Assembly: GCA_965203465.1 (NCBI GenBank)
Contig: CBDBCR010000001.1
Span: forward strand, 864,001-928,000
Direction of reading: 5' to 3'
Source: Nitrosopumilaceae archaeon
GTDB lineage: Archaea; Thermoproteota; Nitrososphaeria; Nitrososphaerales; Nitrosopumilaceae
Length of the DNA stretch: 64,000 bases
In this document: positions 50,010-60,142 of the stretch, piece after piece
Layout: each line of letters opens with the position of its first letter
Numbering within the stretch: the stretch's first letter is position 1
The notes under the pieces: model-generated
The model's database searches: none
What the model was told of the DNA's origin: nothing
What the model saw: the letters and a program-made list of their open reading frames with translations, nothing else
Made by a program: the position numbers and the translations under genes

Positions 50010-51143
50010 ATGTCATCCGGAACCGTGATAAAGATGTACGGCGAAAATTACAAGCTCTACGGGGCAGACTGTGGGACTCTGGACGAGGTGCTTGCCAACA
50101 TAGACGCAGATCTCCGCGCCGACCGACAGCTTCAGGTAACGATGCCCGTGATGATGATGGGCAAACCCGGCCTAGATCTGCGCAGATATGTGGAAGGCAA
50201 ATCCGTCGTCGTGGACACGAACACCGTCAGTATGGGCGTAAAGCCGAAATTGACAGTAACGATGAACGGTAAAAGAACGCCCAACGTGTTTGTGCCCGAG
50301 ATAGGCCGGGACGACAAGTGGGGCAAAGCCGCGTTTGCCGTAGTGAAAGACATGCCGGTCTGCGTCGGGGCTACATACGAGCGCGGGCACTTTACCGTGT
50401 CGGTGCTCTCTCCGTTCATACACCTGCTCTATCCCAGCATATCGATGGCGTTCCTAAGCTCCGAGGACATCAAATCCTCCCTAGACGCGCTTGACAGTGC
50501 TGGCTACGGCGACGTGATCGTGGACTCGTATACTTACAGATCAAAGCTTGACGACAAGCAATCCAGACCCATAAGGACGACCGAGTCGACTATGAGGCGT
50601 ACTGACAGGCCGTATCGGGAAGTGTTCGAAACCACGGAGTCGGTAGACCGGATCCAGTTCAGGCTGATAGAGTCCGGCAAGTCCGTCATGGACGGCTACA
50701 TATCGCGCAATGGCATTCTCCGGTTCAAAAGATCCTTCCTGCCTTTCAGCAGCGCCATGTGGCGAATAGCCGAAACCGTATCGTCCAAGACCCGGCTGTA
50801 TTCAAACAGGTCGCGCTCTGAGAACGGGGGCAAAGTAAGACCTCTCGTCATAGAAGTGGCCGATAGCCCGTTCAAAGACCGAGCAGAAGGGGTGAGGCTA
50901 ATCTCCACCATCCGCTCCATGAGGCACACGTCGTCAAGCTTGTACCACTCCAACCCTTACATACACATGTTCCTGGTGGACTTTAGGGACGGATCGTCAT
51001 TCGACATATGGGTCGTATCTGACGGGGAAGTGACGATAGTGCCGCAGATCCGAGCCACTGCGGCGGCCGTAGGGCGCCTCACCTCGCACATAATGAAAGA
51101 GTTCAGGGAAGGGCACGTGCGGGAACATGAGCGGTCAGAATAG
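50010..51143 (+). CDS. Uncharacterised protein, first of a two-gene operon
   Basis: 377 aa, lower GC, TATTTATA promoter; C-terminal HSNPYIH..LVDFRDGSSFDIW...VPQ motif. Confidence 0.8.
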   Translation: MSSGTVIKMYGENYKLYGADCGTLDEVLANIDADLRADRQLQVTMPVMMMGKPGLDLRRYVEGKSVVVDTNTVSMGVKPKLTVTMNGKRTPNVFVPEIGRDDKWGKAAFAVVKDMPVCVGATYERGHFTVSVLSPFIHLLYPSISMAFLSSEDIKSSLDALDSAGYGDVIVDSYTYRSKLDDKQSRPIRTTESTMRRTDRPYREVFETTESVDRIQFRLIESGKSVMDGYISRNGILRFKRSFLPFSSAMWRIAETVSSKTRLYSNRSRSENGGKVRPLVIEVADSPFKDRAEGVRLISTIRSMRHTSSSLYHSNPYIHMFLVDFRDGSSFDIWVVSDGEVTIVPQIRATAAAVGRLTSHIMKEFREGHVREHERSE

Positions 51144-52050
51144 CGACGTGGATTCTGTCCTGCACGAGATGGATACGTACGTGCGAACCATACACATGGT
51201 GGAAGTCTTTTGCAGTTGCCTGAAAGAGACACACCGGGCAGAGTGCTGGAGGGGACACACGATGCATCCGAGAGACGATCCGGCCAAAGACGTAAGACCG
51301 GATTTTGCGCTAGCCGGCCAAGATCTGCGCATAATAGGAGAAGCAAAGTCAAACGTTACCAAAAAACTACAGGGGCAAAGAGATCTTGTAGAGCAGATAC
51401 ACAAATACTGCTGCGTTCTTTGCTGGCCAGACGGACAAAATCCGGTTCACGATGTCACCATACTGACGTCCAGGCAACACGCCGGCCGGCTTTCAGATCT
51501 GTTAGAACGGCACTTAGGACAGTCGGTGTCGGATCACAAGCTGTCGATCATGGGTTTTACCCAAGAACGTGGAAAACACGAGAGTTTTCAGCTAAACTTG
51601 GTGTGGGGGGGATTTACCCACCCGTCGCTCACAGAGATGGCCAAAGATGGATTAAGAGTAGAGGCCAGAAACGCAATCATAGAGCTCAACAAACGGTGGT
51701 TTTCAGACGCTGCGCCGCCCGTCTTGTACACCATGAGCCTGATCTGGGAGAGGATCCTCCCGCCCATCATCAAAATGAATCCAGACGGCGCGGACGAAAT
51801 GGAAGGGTCGTATTCCGTAACCACAAAAGTCATCGAAAGTGCGTTTAAGGAGTTCTCCGACTCCGCGCCGCGTATGGATTGGATCAAATACGCCATGGAA
51901 TCGCTAGTCAAGATCGGGCGAGCGAGGAAAGAAAACGACGGTTCGTACACGGTGCACTACCGTCAAATAAGACGCGTAAGGGAGACGTTTGCTAAGCGAT
52001 GGGTGAAAAGACACAACCGCGAAAAACCCCGTCCTGCCGGACAAAGTTGA
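51127..52050 (+). CDS. Putative PD-(D/E)XK nuclease-fold protein with C-terminal wHTH-like region
   Basis: RPDFAL...IIGEAK...QIHKY; overlaps the upstream gene by 17 nt. Confidence 0.7.
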   Translation: MSGQNSDVDSVLHEMDTYVRTIHMVEVFCSCLKETHRAECWRGHTMHPRDDPAKDVRPDFALAGQDLRIIGEAKSNVTKKLQGQRDLVEQIHKYCCVLCWPDGQNPVHDVTILTSRQHAGRLSDLLERHLGQSVSDHKLSIMGFTQERGKHESFQLNLVWGGFTHPSLTEMAKDGLRVEARNAIIELNKRWFSDAAPPVLYTMSLIWERILPPIIKMNPDGADEMEGSYSVTTKVIESAFKEFSDSAPRMDWIKYAMESLVKIGRARKENDGSYTVHYRQIRRVRETFAKRWVKRHNREKPRPAGQS

Positions 52051-52387
52051 CGGATGGCTAGACGCTGAAGCATGCGCGGCGGACAATAGGTGTTGAAAAT
52101 GCGCCCCTTTACGGGCGCGGCTCAAATTGGGCCGGACGGGCGCGCGCACGCCCATCTGCCGCCATGGCACGCCGTATTCCGAGCTGCGGTGCTACAAATC
52201 GGGTCCGAGCGGGCCATATGCGCGCGAACGCGAAGCGGCGCGCGGCGGCCTTGCTGTTGGTTTTCCGGCGGGCGTTTGCAGGCGGGCCCATCCCCCGCCG
52301 TCCAGGTAGCGCCGGGCGTCCTGCAAGCTCATGGCGGCGACCCTGGCTGCCTCGATCGCGATCGCATTTACGAACTCGTCGAGGCGT

Positions 52388-52537
52388 ATGTCAGAAGTTG
52401 AAAATGCCCCCTCGCGGGAACGGCACGGATCCGGCCCGTACGCGCACGAAGACGGCCAGCACGCCTTTGTGGAGAGAATCGAGCGGCTGCTCGCCGGGGA
52501 GACCCGGGCGTGGCGCGCCGCCCACAAAAAGAAATAA
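52388..52537 (+). CDS. Small hypothetical protein
   Basis: 49 aa ORF directly upstream of the PGDYG-like gene. Confidence 0.35.
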   Translation: MSEVENAPSRERHGSGPYAHEDGQHAFVERIERLLAGETRAWRAAHKKK

Positions 52538-52561
52538 TACCGGCCGCGCCGGTTCTTATCC

Positions 52562-52765
52562 GTGAGCGCCAAGATGCAAAAGTACGTCAAGAAGCCCATC
52601 CCGATCAAGGCGCGCCAGATCGGGCGGGCCACCAAGATAGAGACCCTAGAGGGCGTCTCGCGCGGCAAAAAAGGCGACTATCTGGTCGTGGGCGTGCGCG
52701 GGGAAAAGTACATCGTAAAGCGCGAGATCTTCGAAGAGACGTACGAGCCGGCCGGGCGGCCGTGA
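52562..52765 (+). CDS. PGDYG-like small protein
   Basis: KYVKKPIPIKARQ...IETLEG...GDYLVVGVRGEKY.VK..IFEETYE. Confidence 0.8.
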   Translation: MSAKMQKYVKKPIPIKARQIGRATKIETLEGVSRGKKGDYLVVGVRGEKYIVKREIFEETYEPAGRP

Positions 52766-52928
52766 CCGGGGCCCCCAGGTTTCGGAGCCAAGAGCCGGTC
52801 TAGGGCATGCGTTCCAAAGCGGCCGGCGGGCGCCGCGCTTGGGACGGACCGGGCCCCGGGCGCGCATTCCGGGATGCCGGTGCCCGGAAGCGGAACGGTA
52901 AAATACGGGGATGCGACAGGGCTGTACC

Positions 52929-55900
52929 ATGTCCACGCTTGGCGATTCGGGGATCGTGCATCCGGATCCTGAGGAAGAGGATTACTTTAGGGACGGCGCG
53001 CTCAAGGATCAATCCGGCGACGAGTTTTTTCACCGGCACTACGCGGAGGTGCTGTCCGACATCCTGCGCAAATCCAAAACACCGCTGAACATAGGCCTGT
53101 ACGGAAAATGGGGGGTAGGCAAGTCGTCCATAGCGCACATGCTCCAAGACGAAATAAAAAATGGCGATACATTGAGGGGCTTTGAGTACGCGGAGGTGGA
53201 CGCATGGGGGCTGTCCCCAAAGGCCCTGCCACAGGGGCTGCTCGAGGCGCTCAACTCGCAACTTGACTCCCCGTACAAGCCCGGAGACCTCGAGGACATG
53301 CTGTACAACGAGCGCCAAGTCCAGCACACGCGGCTACACGGCCTAAAGACTTGGTGGTGGCTAGCACTTGCGGTCATGGGTGCGGCGGGGTTCGCTGTCT
53401 TTTCAGTAGATCCGACGATGGCGAACCTGCCCGTATTCGGTGGATTTGCTGCCGTTCTGCTCGGACTGTTGGCAAAGCTGATCTTTGGCACGTCACGCAA
53501 GGTAATTCCGCGCGCCGCATCTCCGCTGCAGTTCAGCAAGATCTACGACAAGATTGTAGAGAGATACGGGGTCAAGAAAGGCGCGGGCAAGAAACTGGTG
53601 GTCGTAATAGACAACCTCGACAGGTGCGAAAACGCCGTGGTCGTGGAGCTGCTGGGGCTGATCCAGACGTTCATGGTAAAGGACAACTGCGTCAACATAC
53701 TGGCCTGCGACGACGAGGCACTGGTCTCCCACCTGAAAAGATCCGAAACGGTGAGCACGGAAAGGGACGGCAACGAGTTTCTCAGCAAGTTCTTCCAAGT
53801 CACGCTCCGCATATCGTCGTTTCTGGGCGAGAGCCTCAGGTCGTATGCAAGGACGCAGATCGTCAAGCGCAGCGTCGAGTTCGATCAGTTCGCGCTGACA
53901 ATTCTGCTTTCCGGCGCCATAGACAACCCCCGAAAGATCAACCAGTTCCTCAACATAGCCGTGGCGCTGTACCGGCTGGCCGAATTGAGGGAGCAGTCCG
54001 GGATGCTCCAGGACGGCCTGATCACCGGCAACACCAACCTGCTGCTCAAGTCGGTCGTGCTGAGGCACGAATGGCCCGAATTCTGCAAGGCCGTAGAAGC
54101 AGAGCCGGATCTGTACGAAGACGGGGAGAGGCAGACAAAGTGGAGCGAAGAGATGGTACGCCAGGAAAAGATGACCGATGCCGAGATCGCGCGTCTTTGG
54201 GAGTTTATGGACGCCACGCGGATTCCGGGGGCAGTCAGCATAGTCCCGTTCCTGCGCATGAGCCAAGCGCCGCACATGACGCAGCTGGGCATATCGGCGT
54301 TCGAGGACGCGTTTTCCCGCTCGAGTCTCGAGGCAGTAGGCATGTTTGAAAATCTGGATTCTGGTGCCCAGGAGGAGTACTTGGACAAAGTCGGCGAAAT
54401 TTTGAAAGAATCGGCCTCGGAGTCGGATCCCAACATGCCCGCGTTGTCAAGCAACGTCGTAATGCTGGCAAAGCTCACCAAAGCGGCGTCCGACGCATCG
54501 GTTCGCGCACGCACGGCCACCATGCTCGGACAGTGCCTCTCGGACAGACTGCTGGAAAAAGCGCGCGAGATCGTGGGCAGAATCGGCCTGGAGCCGATCA
54601 TCCAGATGCAGGTGCCCATGCGGAACCGCATCTGCGGACGCCTAGTGCTGGACGCGTTCCAAGCCGACCCGCCAGATCGGGCCGTGTTAGGCCTGTTTTC
54701 CGAGAACCGCGCCATCATGGAGCCCAGATTGGTGGATCTCATGGGCGAAATGGCAGCCGACAAGCTCAACACTTCCGGTCTGTGGGACGCATCTTTCATC
54801 TCGGAATGCCTGAAATACCGCCGGAAAGGCGCACCGATGTCGAAGCTGGTCTCGCACATCATATCCAGCGCCACCTTCGGCGTCTCGCCCCAGACTGCCG
54901 GATACGACGGGCTGTGCGCCAAGCTGACCGAATCGCTGTCTGCGAGCGAGTCCGGAGAACTCCGTTCCAGAATCTGCGATCTGGTAGAACAGTGCGGCAA
55001 AAGCGGCGCGCCTATGCCCGAACCTCTCCTCGATTACGTCAAGAACGAGGCTGACGAAAAGATCTGCAAGGCGCTCGGCGTACTGGTGCGGGCCAGCCCC
55101 GACCAAGCGCAGAACGCCGAGATCCTGGAGATCGTGGCGCAGAAAAGCCAGGACGGCGCAAAGCATCTTGAATCGGCAAGCTGCGTGTTCGCATCATACA
55201 TGCAGGCAGCCGACGCGCAAAGGGTGACCGAGCTTGTTGACAACCAACAATATCGGCGATTCTTGACGACAAAGACAGCGATCGACTCTATGCTAGAGTT
55301 GTGTAGCAACACGAAATACCAAAACTTGGCCGTGATCAATTTCCTGCTCACGCACACGCCCGACAGCCTGAAAGAACACGTGGGGACTGTCCTGTCAGAT
55401 GCAATCGTGTACAAAGACGCGTCCGAATACGGTCTGCTTTTGAATGCCGCGGGACAACACATTACAGAATTTGACTCAGGCTTGATCGCCGCGATCATGA
55501 AAGCGTGCATGATCAAAGCTGACAGAACCGAGGATGCTGGCAGGCACGCCATGTACGTGGAAGCCGCAAAGATCGGGCACGAAAAGCACGCGCCCGAGAT
55601 CGTGGCGCGTGCGGAGACGCTGATCCTATCTGCCGACGAAAGGGAACGCGGCGAGGGGTTCCAGCTGTTCGACGCGTTGAACGCAAACAGGGCCGAGCCG
55701 CTCGGAATCTGGCAGTCCATAAACGCCGCCGGCGGCGCGATTGCAGGCGAACAGGACGCCGTCGCGGATCACCTGGAGTTTCTGCGCAATTACGGCAGGG
55801 GGATCGCAGCGTCGGAGGACGCCGCGGTGGGCCTGCTGACTGCGTGCTTGGATGGCCCTTCGCGAGCCCGCATAAACGGCGGATTCAAGTCGGCCAAGCA

Positions 55901-56120
55901 CACAAACCCCCCCAAGGACATTGCAGACGCGGCCATGGAGTGCATAGAGGGGGCGGGCGACGCGGTGCAGGTGCGCATGATCGAGCCGATGGTCGCTTTT
56001 GTGCAAGAAGGGCCGTCAGAAGTGGCCAAAAACCGCTGCAGGCAGATACTGCAGAGGCACGAGGCGCTACTGAACGCCAAACAGAAACACGGGCTGAAGC
56101 AGGCCTTTGCGGACTTTTAA
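52929..56120 (+). CDS. KAP-family P-loop NTPase with TM hairpin and long helical C-terminus
   Basis: IGLYGKWGVGKSS, DAWG, two TM helices, VVIDNLDRC, FLSKFFQ, NPRKINQFLN. Confidence 0.92.
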   Translation: MSTLGDSGIVHPDPEEEDYFRDGALKDQSGDEFFHRHYAEVLSDILRKSKTPLNIGLYGKWGVGKSSIAHMLQDEIKNGDTLRGFEYAEVDAWGLSPKALPQGLLEALNSQLDSPYKPGDLEDMLYNERQVQHTRLHGLKTWWWLALAVMGAAGFAVFSVDPTMANLPVFGGFAAVLLGLLAKLIFGTSRKVIPRAASPLQFSKIYDKIVERYGVKKGAGKKLVVVIDNLDRCENAVVVELLGLIQTFMVKDNCVNILACDDEALVSHLKRSETVSTERDGNEFLSKFFQVTLRISSFLGESLRSYARTQIVKRSVEFDQFALTILLSGAIDNPRKINQFLNIAVALYRLAELREQSGMLQDGLITGNTNLLLKSVVLRHEWPEFCKAVEAEPDLYEDGERQTKWSEEMVRQEKMTDAEIARLWEFMDATRIPGAVSIVPFLRMSQAPHMTQLGISAFEDAFSRSSLEAVGMFENLDSGAQEEYLDKVGEILKESASESDPNMPALSSNVVMLAKLTKAASDASVRARTATMLGQCLSDRLLEKAREIVGRIGLEPIIQMQVPMRNRICGRLVLDAFQADPPDRAVLGLFSENRAIMEPRLVDLMGEMAADKLNTSGLWDASFISECLKYRRKGAPMSKLVSHIISSATFGVSPQTAGYDGLCAKLTESLSASESGELRSRICDLVEQCGKSGAPMPEPLLDYVKNEADEKICKALGVLVRASPDQAQNAEILEIVAQKSQDGAKHLESASCVFASYMQAADAQRVTELVDNQQYRRFLTTKTAIDSMLELCSNTKYQNLAVINFLLTHTPDSLKEHVGTVLSDAIVYKDASEYGLLLNAAGQHITEFDSGLIAAIMKACMIKADRTEDAGRHAMYVEAAKIGHEKHAPEIVARAETLILSADERERGEGFQLFDALNANRAEPLGIWQSINAAGGAIAGEQDAVADHLEFLRNYGRGIAASEDAAVGLLTACLDGPSRARINGGFKSAKHTNPPKDIADAAMECIEGAGDAVQVRMIEPMVAFVQEGPSEVAKNRCRQILQRHEALLNAKQKHGLKQAFADF

Positions 56121-56165
56121 GCGCAACGGCTTCCCGTCACGCGGTTCTGGGGGTCTTTACCGGAC

Positions 56166-57066
56166 GTAACTGTTCACGTAGTTTAGGCCCGTTTACGCGT
56201 ACTACCACAGCTCCGCGTAGTCCAGGCCCCGGTTCTTCCAGGTGGCGATGCACGTGAAGATGTCGCCGTAGGTCTCCATGCTCTCCGCCCTGAGGCTGCC
56301 GCGGATCTTGCAGCGGATGACTGTATCGCGCAGGCCGCGCTCGGCCGCGTTGTTGGTCGGCTACACCCGCGGATCCGGCACGAACGCGAACAGGTCGTCC
56401 GCCTCGCCTTCCAGCTTGCCGAAGAACGGCCGCGAGACCGAGCTGCCCCAGTTGTCGTCGATGATGCGCCGCACGCAGCCCGGCAGCGCCGCGCGGGCGC
56501 GCCTGGCCTTGCCCATGCGCTTTCCGGACGCGCCGCGCGCGGTCCCGTAGACGCCGCGCAGCCTCTCGGGTATGCCGCGCGCGGCCGCGCTGTCGGGGTG
56601 CGCCCGGAGCAGGTACCTCGCCTCGCGCAGGATGTGCGCCCGGCAGCGCTGGCGCCTCCACCCGTGGTACGACCTCCGCCCGTAGCAGACGATCACTCCC
56701 TTGAATCCGCGCGGCACGTCGCGCCCCCTGCTCGGGCGCACCACGAACAGCGAGCTGCCCGTCAGGGGGTCGGGGAAGATCCGCGCCCAGACGAGCTTCC
56801 CGTCGAGTCTGAACGACGTCTCGTCGATGCGCGGCACGCCGGCGCGCTGCATGGCCGGGATCATGGCCTCGACGAACAGCTTCACGCTGCGGCCCGCCCT
56901 GGCCAGCACGCTGTTTGCCGTGCCCACAGACCGCCAGGCCGCCAGGCCGCCAGGCCGCCCGGCCCATCCTGCGCGCGTTCATCCTGTGCGTCAGGCGGTC
57001 GTCGAAGTTGGTCACGACGCGCCCGCACGCGTTGCGGCCCAGCTCGCCGTCCCTCGGCAGGCCGCG
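56166..57066 (-). mobile_element. Degraded, 5'-truncated copy of the IS66 element
   Basis: Right TIR GTAACTGTTCACGTAG at 56166; frameshifted homology to 33800-34048 and 35475-36136, continuous across the IS110 site. Confidence 0.9.
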
Positions 57067-57182
57067 CGGCGAGTGCGTCCGGCAAGTTGCGCTGCGCTCG
57101 AAGCGGCACATTTTCAGCACCTGACGCTACAGGTCCGGTTGCGAAAACCCCGGTTTCCCGGATTTGCGGCCTTTGGATCGCG

Positions 57183-58007
57183 CTATTTCAGGCAGGCAAG
57201 CGCCGCGTTTTTTCCGCTGCGCGCCTGCTCGCTGCCCGGGCTGATTCTGAGCGCCTCGTCGTAGCATGCCACGGCCTCCCTGTGGCGGCCCAGCTCTGCA
57301 AGCGCGCGGCCTTTTTCCGTGTGGGGCAGATCGTGGCCCGGGTCCAGCGCGATGGCCTCGTCGTAGCATGCCACGGCCTCCCTGTGGCGGCCCAGCCCGG
57401 CAAGCGAGATGCCCTTGTACAGGTGCGTCATGTGCACCCCCGGGTATGTCAGAATATCCATGTCGTAGTACTCTACGGCCTCCTCGTGGCGGCCCAGCTC
57501 GGCAAGCGAGTAGGCTTTTTCAAAGTGCAGCATGTCGCCCGACAGGTCGGTGCCCTCTGCGTCTTTGTAGGAGTCCAGGGCCTCCTTGTGCAGGCCCATC
57601 TTGGCGAGCAGCATCCCCATTCCCCGGTGCGCCATGCCGGCGTTTGGATCCAGGTTTATGGCCCTCTCAAAGCACGCCATGGCTTCCGCGTCCCTGCCCA
57701 GCTCGACGAGCGCGTAGGCCTTGAGCCAGTGCGTTTCTGCGTACCTGGGGGCTAGCCGTATGGCCCTCTCAAAGCAGGCCGAGGCCTCCTCGTGGCGGCC
57801 AAGCTTGCAAAGCGCGGTGCCCTTGTTCATGTGCACGGAGTTGTTTTTCGGTTCCAGACTCGCCGCCCTCTCAAAGCAGGCCAGTGCCTCTTGATCCCTG
57901 CCGACGTTGCCGAGCGATATGCCCTGCTTTAGGATCTTCGAGGCCTCCGACTCCAGCATCGGCATGCACTGCGTCCCTGCCACATAATACTGTTCGTCCG
58001 CCCCCAT
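57183..58007 (-). CDS. Tetratricopeptide repeat protein
   Basis: About 7 repeats of KG..L..LGRHEEA..C(F/Y)(D/E).A. Confidence 0.92.
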   Translation of the reverse strand: MGADEQYYVAGTQCMPMLESEASKILKQGISLGNVGRDQEALACFERAASLEPKNNSVHMNKGTALCKLGRHEEASACFERAIRLAPRYAETHWLKAYALVELGRDAEAMACFERAINLDPNAGMAHRGMGMLLAKMGLHKEALDSYKDAEGTDLSGDMLHFEKAYSLAELGRHEEAVEYYDMDILTYPGVHMTHLYKGISLAGLGRHREAVACYDEAIALDPGHDLPHTEKGRALAELGRHREAVACYDEALRISPGSEQARSGKNAALACLK

Positions 58008-58164
58008 CCGGCGCGGGCAGGCGCCGGGCCGCCGCCAATTCGGCGCGTTGATTCGGCATCTTCCGGCCCGATCCGCCGATCGCCTGCAGCGCATCCGGTT
58101 CCGGGTCCTTCCTGCCACACCTCGCCAGCGGCTCGCGGCAAGCGCACCCTGCCAGCCTCTGCGG

Positions 58165-58238
58165 CCGCCGTTTCGGACCGTTTGGCCGATTTGCGATCGG
58201 AGGTCATCCTCCCGCCGGAGGAACTTTTGGGTTGACTG
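58165..58238 (+). repeat. Dispersed element copy 6
   Basis: CCGTTTGGCCGATTTGCGATCGGAGGTCATCCTCCCGCCGGAGGAACTTTTGGGTTGAC. Confidence 0.9.
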
Positions 58239-58294
58239 ATTCTGCCTGAAAGCTACAAATAGATGCCCATGTCGGCGGCATCAAGGGGCTGGGC

Positions 58295-58495
58295 ATGTTC
58301 AAGATCGTCAAGAGTTTTGCAAAGTACGAGTTTGTGTGCAAGAGAAGGAACTGCCACGAGCCGAATCCTGAAGATCTGGAGGATTTTCTCAAAAATCCGG
58401 CATTCAAAAAAGAGACCTTTTGTAGAGACTGCGGGTTTATGTTGGAGTTGGCGCAGGGCAACGACAAAAACAAATACTGGATCAACGAGATTTAG
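58295..58495 (+). CDS. Small zinc-ribbon protein
   Basis: CKRRNCH...CRDCG; low GC. Confidence 0.7.
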   Translation: MFKIVKSFAKYEFVCKRRNCHEPNPEDLEDFLKNPAFKKETFCRDCGFMLELAQGNDKNKYWINEI

Positions 58496-58749
58496 GCGCC
58501 GGTTCGCCAAACAGGTATTGCCCATTGGCGCCGTTGCGGCCGCTGTTAAATCTGGCGTAGCGGCCGGTTCCGGCATCTGTCCGGCCGCGCTGGGCACACG
58601 CGTCCGTCTAAGCCGTCCAGGCTGGAAGCAGATCCGGCGCGAGGTGGTGCTGACCCTGGAAAAGGACTAGCCGGCGTTCGCGGCGCGGGCCCGGCCGCCC
58701 GGGGCGGGCGCATGCAGGAGCCGGCGGCCTTTTCGGGCGCCCGGCCGAG

Positions 58750-58861
58750 GCCGCGCCCGGGACGGGATCGGGCGAGCCCGCCTTTTGGGCGCCGCCGTTC
58801 TGCCCGGTTTGGCATCCGATCGGAAACCGTCCGCCCGCCGGAGAGACTTTTGGGTTGACTG
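58750..58861 (+). repeat. Dispersed element copy 7
   Basis: GGGCGAGCCCGCCTTTTGG...CGATCGGAAACCGTCCGCCCGCCGGAGAGACTTTTGGGTTGAC. Confidence 0.9.
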
Positions 58862-58924
58862 GCGTCGTGTATTGACTGGCGTGGAAAAAAGCAAATATAC
58901 AACACCGCCGGGTTCATACACGAG

Positions 58925-59197
58925 ATGCCATTCACGCACGCTATGGATCGGCGGGGGGTCGAAATCGTAGCGGAAATAGCCAGAATGACGAACCGGAACT
59001 ACGGAGGCTGGCATGTCGGAATCACCTCCGATCCAGAACGGCGCAGGGGCGAACGCGGCGATCCCGCGGCTTGGCACGCGTGGGACGCGCAGTACGAGGG
59101 AGCCGCCCGCGAGATCGAAAGGCACATGCTCGGTTTAGGCATGCGTGAAGGCGGGGGCGGCGGGGACGACCCCACATACGTCTACATTTGGCGGTAA
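58925..59197 (+). CDS. Minimal GIY-YIG-like protein
   Basis: WHVGITSDPERR...AREIERHML...YVYIW. Confidence 0.65.
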   Translation: MPFTHAMDRRGVEIVAEIARMTNRNYGGWHVGITSDPERRRGERGDPAAWHAWDAQYEGAAREIERHMLGLGMREGGGGGDDPTYVYIWR

Positions 59198-59213
59198 ATC
59201 TGACGGTTTCCGG

Positions 59214-59620
59214 CTAGCGCGGAGCGCGGCGTCCAGAGCTCCGCCCCAGTTCCGCGATCACGCCGGCGTTCCGTCTGAGGGCCTTGCGGTACGTCTTCCA
59301 CAGGTCGGGCCGCCTCTCGCGCGGCACGTCGTCGGGGCAGTACGTCTGGAGTATCCGCTTGGCCGCCCCCAGGGCCCCGTCTATATTTTCCCGTTCCAGC
59401 CGAGCCGGCTTTAGGATGTGCGCCTGCCTCCCCCTGATCTCGTTCATGATGCTTTCCGTGCGGTGGCGGTTGCGCGTAAGAAAGCCGTCCAGCCGCTCTT
59501 CGACACCCCGTCGTCCGTCTCCATGTCCCGCACGTTCAGCATGATTTCCGACACGATGCAGTCCAGTTCCCCTACGTTCGCGTAGATGACGGACCGGTGC
59601 CCCGCGTCTGCCTCGTTCCT
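59214..59620 (-). pseudogene. Frameshifted hypothetical gene
   Basis: Coding-like segments in two frames joined near 59507. Confidence 0.35.
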
Positions 59621-59770
59621 GCGCCGCCTGTCACGGTCCGGGCCGCCTGCGTAGGCTGAGCGCAGGCGGGCGCGGCCGGCAGCAGGCCTCGCCGGGCGGC
59701 CGGCCTAGGCCTAACCCGCGCCTGTGCGGATAACGTTTGAGATTTATACCCTCAAATCTAAGGGTAGGCC

Positions 59771-60142
59771 ATGCAGAAAGCCGAGCCCACCGAGTTTGCC
59801 AACACGGTGGAGAGCGTCATCAACACTCCGTGGGAGGTAAGCGACAGGAAGGCCAGATCCGCCGAATACTTTGAGGCATGGAAAAAAGTCGCGGAGCAAA
59901 GGGCCCGCTTGATATTCCCTTCTGTCCCGCTCAGCGGCCCGACCATACCGGGCGAGCGCAGAGCAGAGATAGCCGACGAGGTCCTCAGGGTCACTTGGCA
60001 GCACGCCTGCAGGTACATGACCGACGAGGAAAAGCTCGCGGCCTGCCGCGTCAAGCGCAAAGAGATCGAAGAGTACGCGTGGCCGCTTGCCCAAAAGGCG
60101 GCCGCGGAGCATTGGAGACGGGTGCTGGCCGCCTCTAAATGA
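59771..60142 (+). CDS. Hypothetical protein, paralog of 23477..23860
   Basis: Near-identical DNA including upstream ACGTTTGAGATTTAT promoter region. Confidence 0.8.
   Translation: MQKAEPTEFANTVESVINTPWEVSDRKARSAEYFEAWKKVAEQRARLIFPSVPLSGPTIPGERRAEIADEVLRVTWQHACRYMTDEEKLAACRVKRKEIEEYAWPLAQKAAAEHWRRVLAASK

Noticed and set aside
56934-56958. CAGGCCGC-type short tandem repeat
   Set aside because: Slippage within the decayed IS66 copy.
57250-57500. ~40 bp direct repeats at 102-bp spacing
   Set aside because: Explained by 34-aa TPR units.
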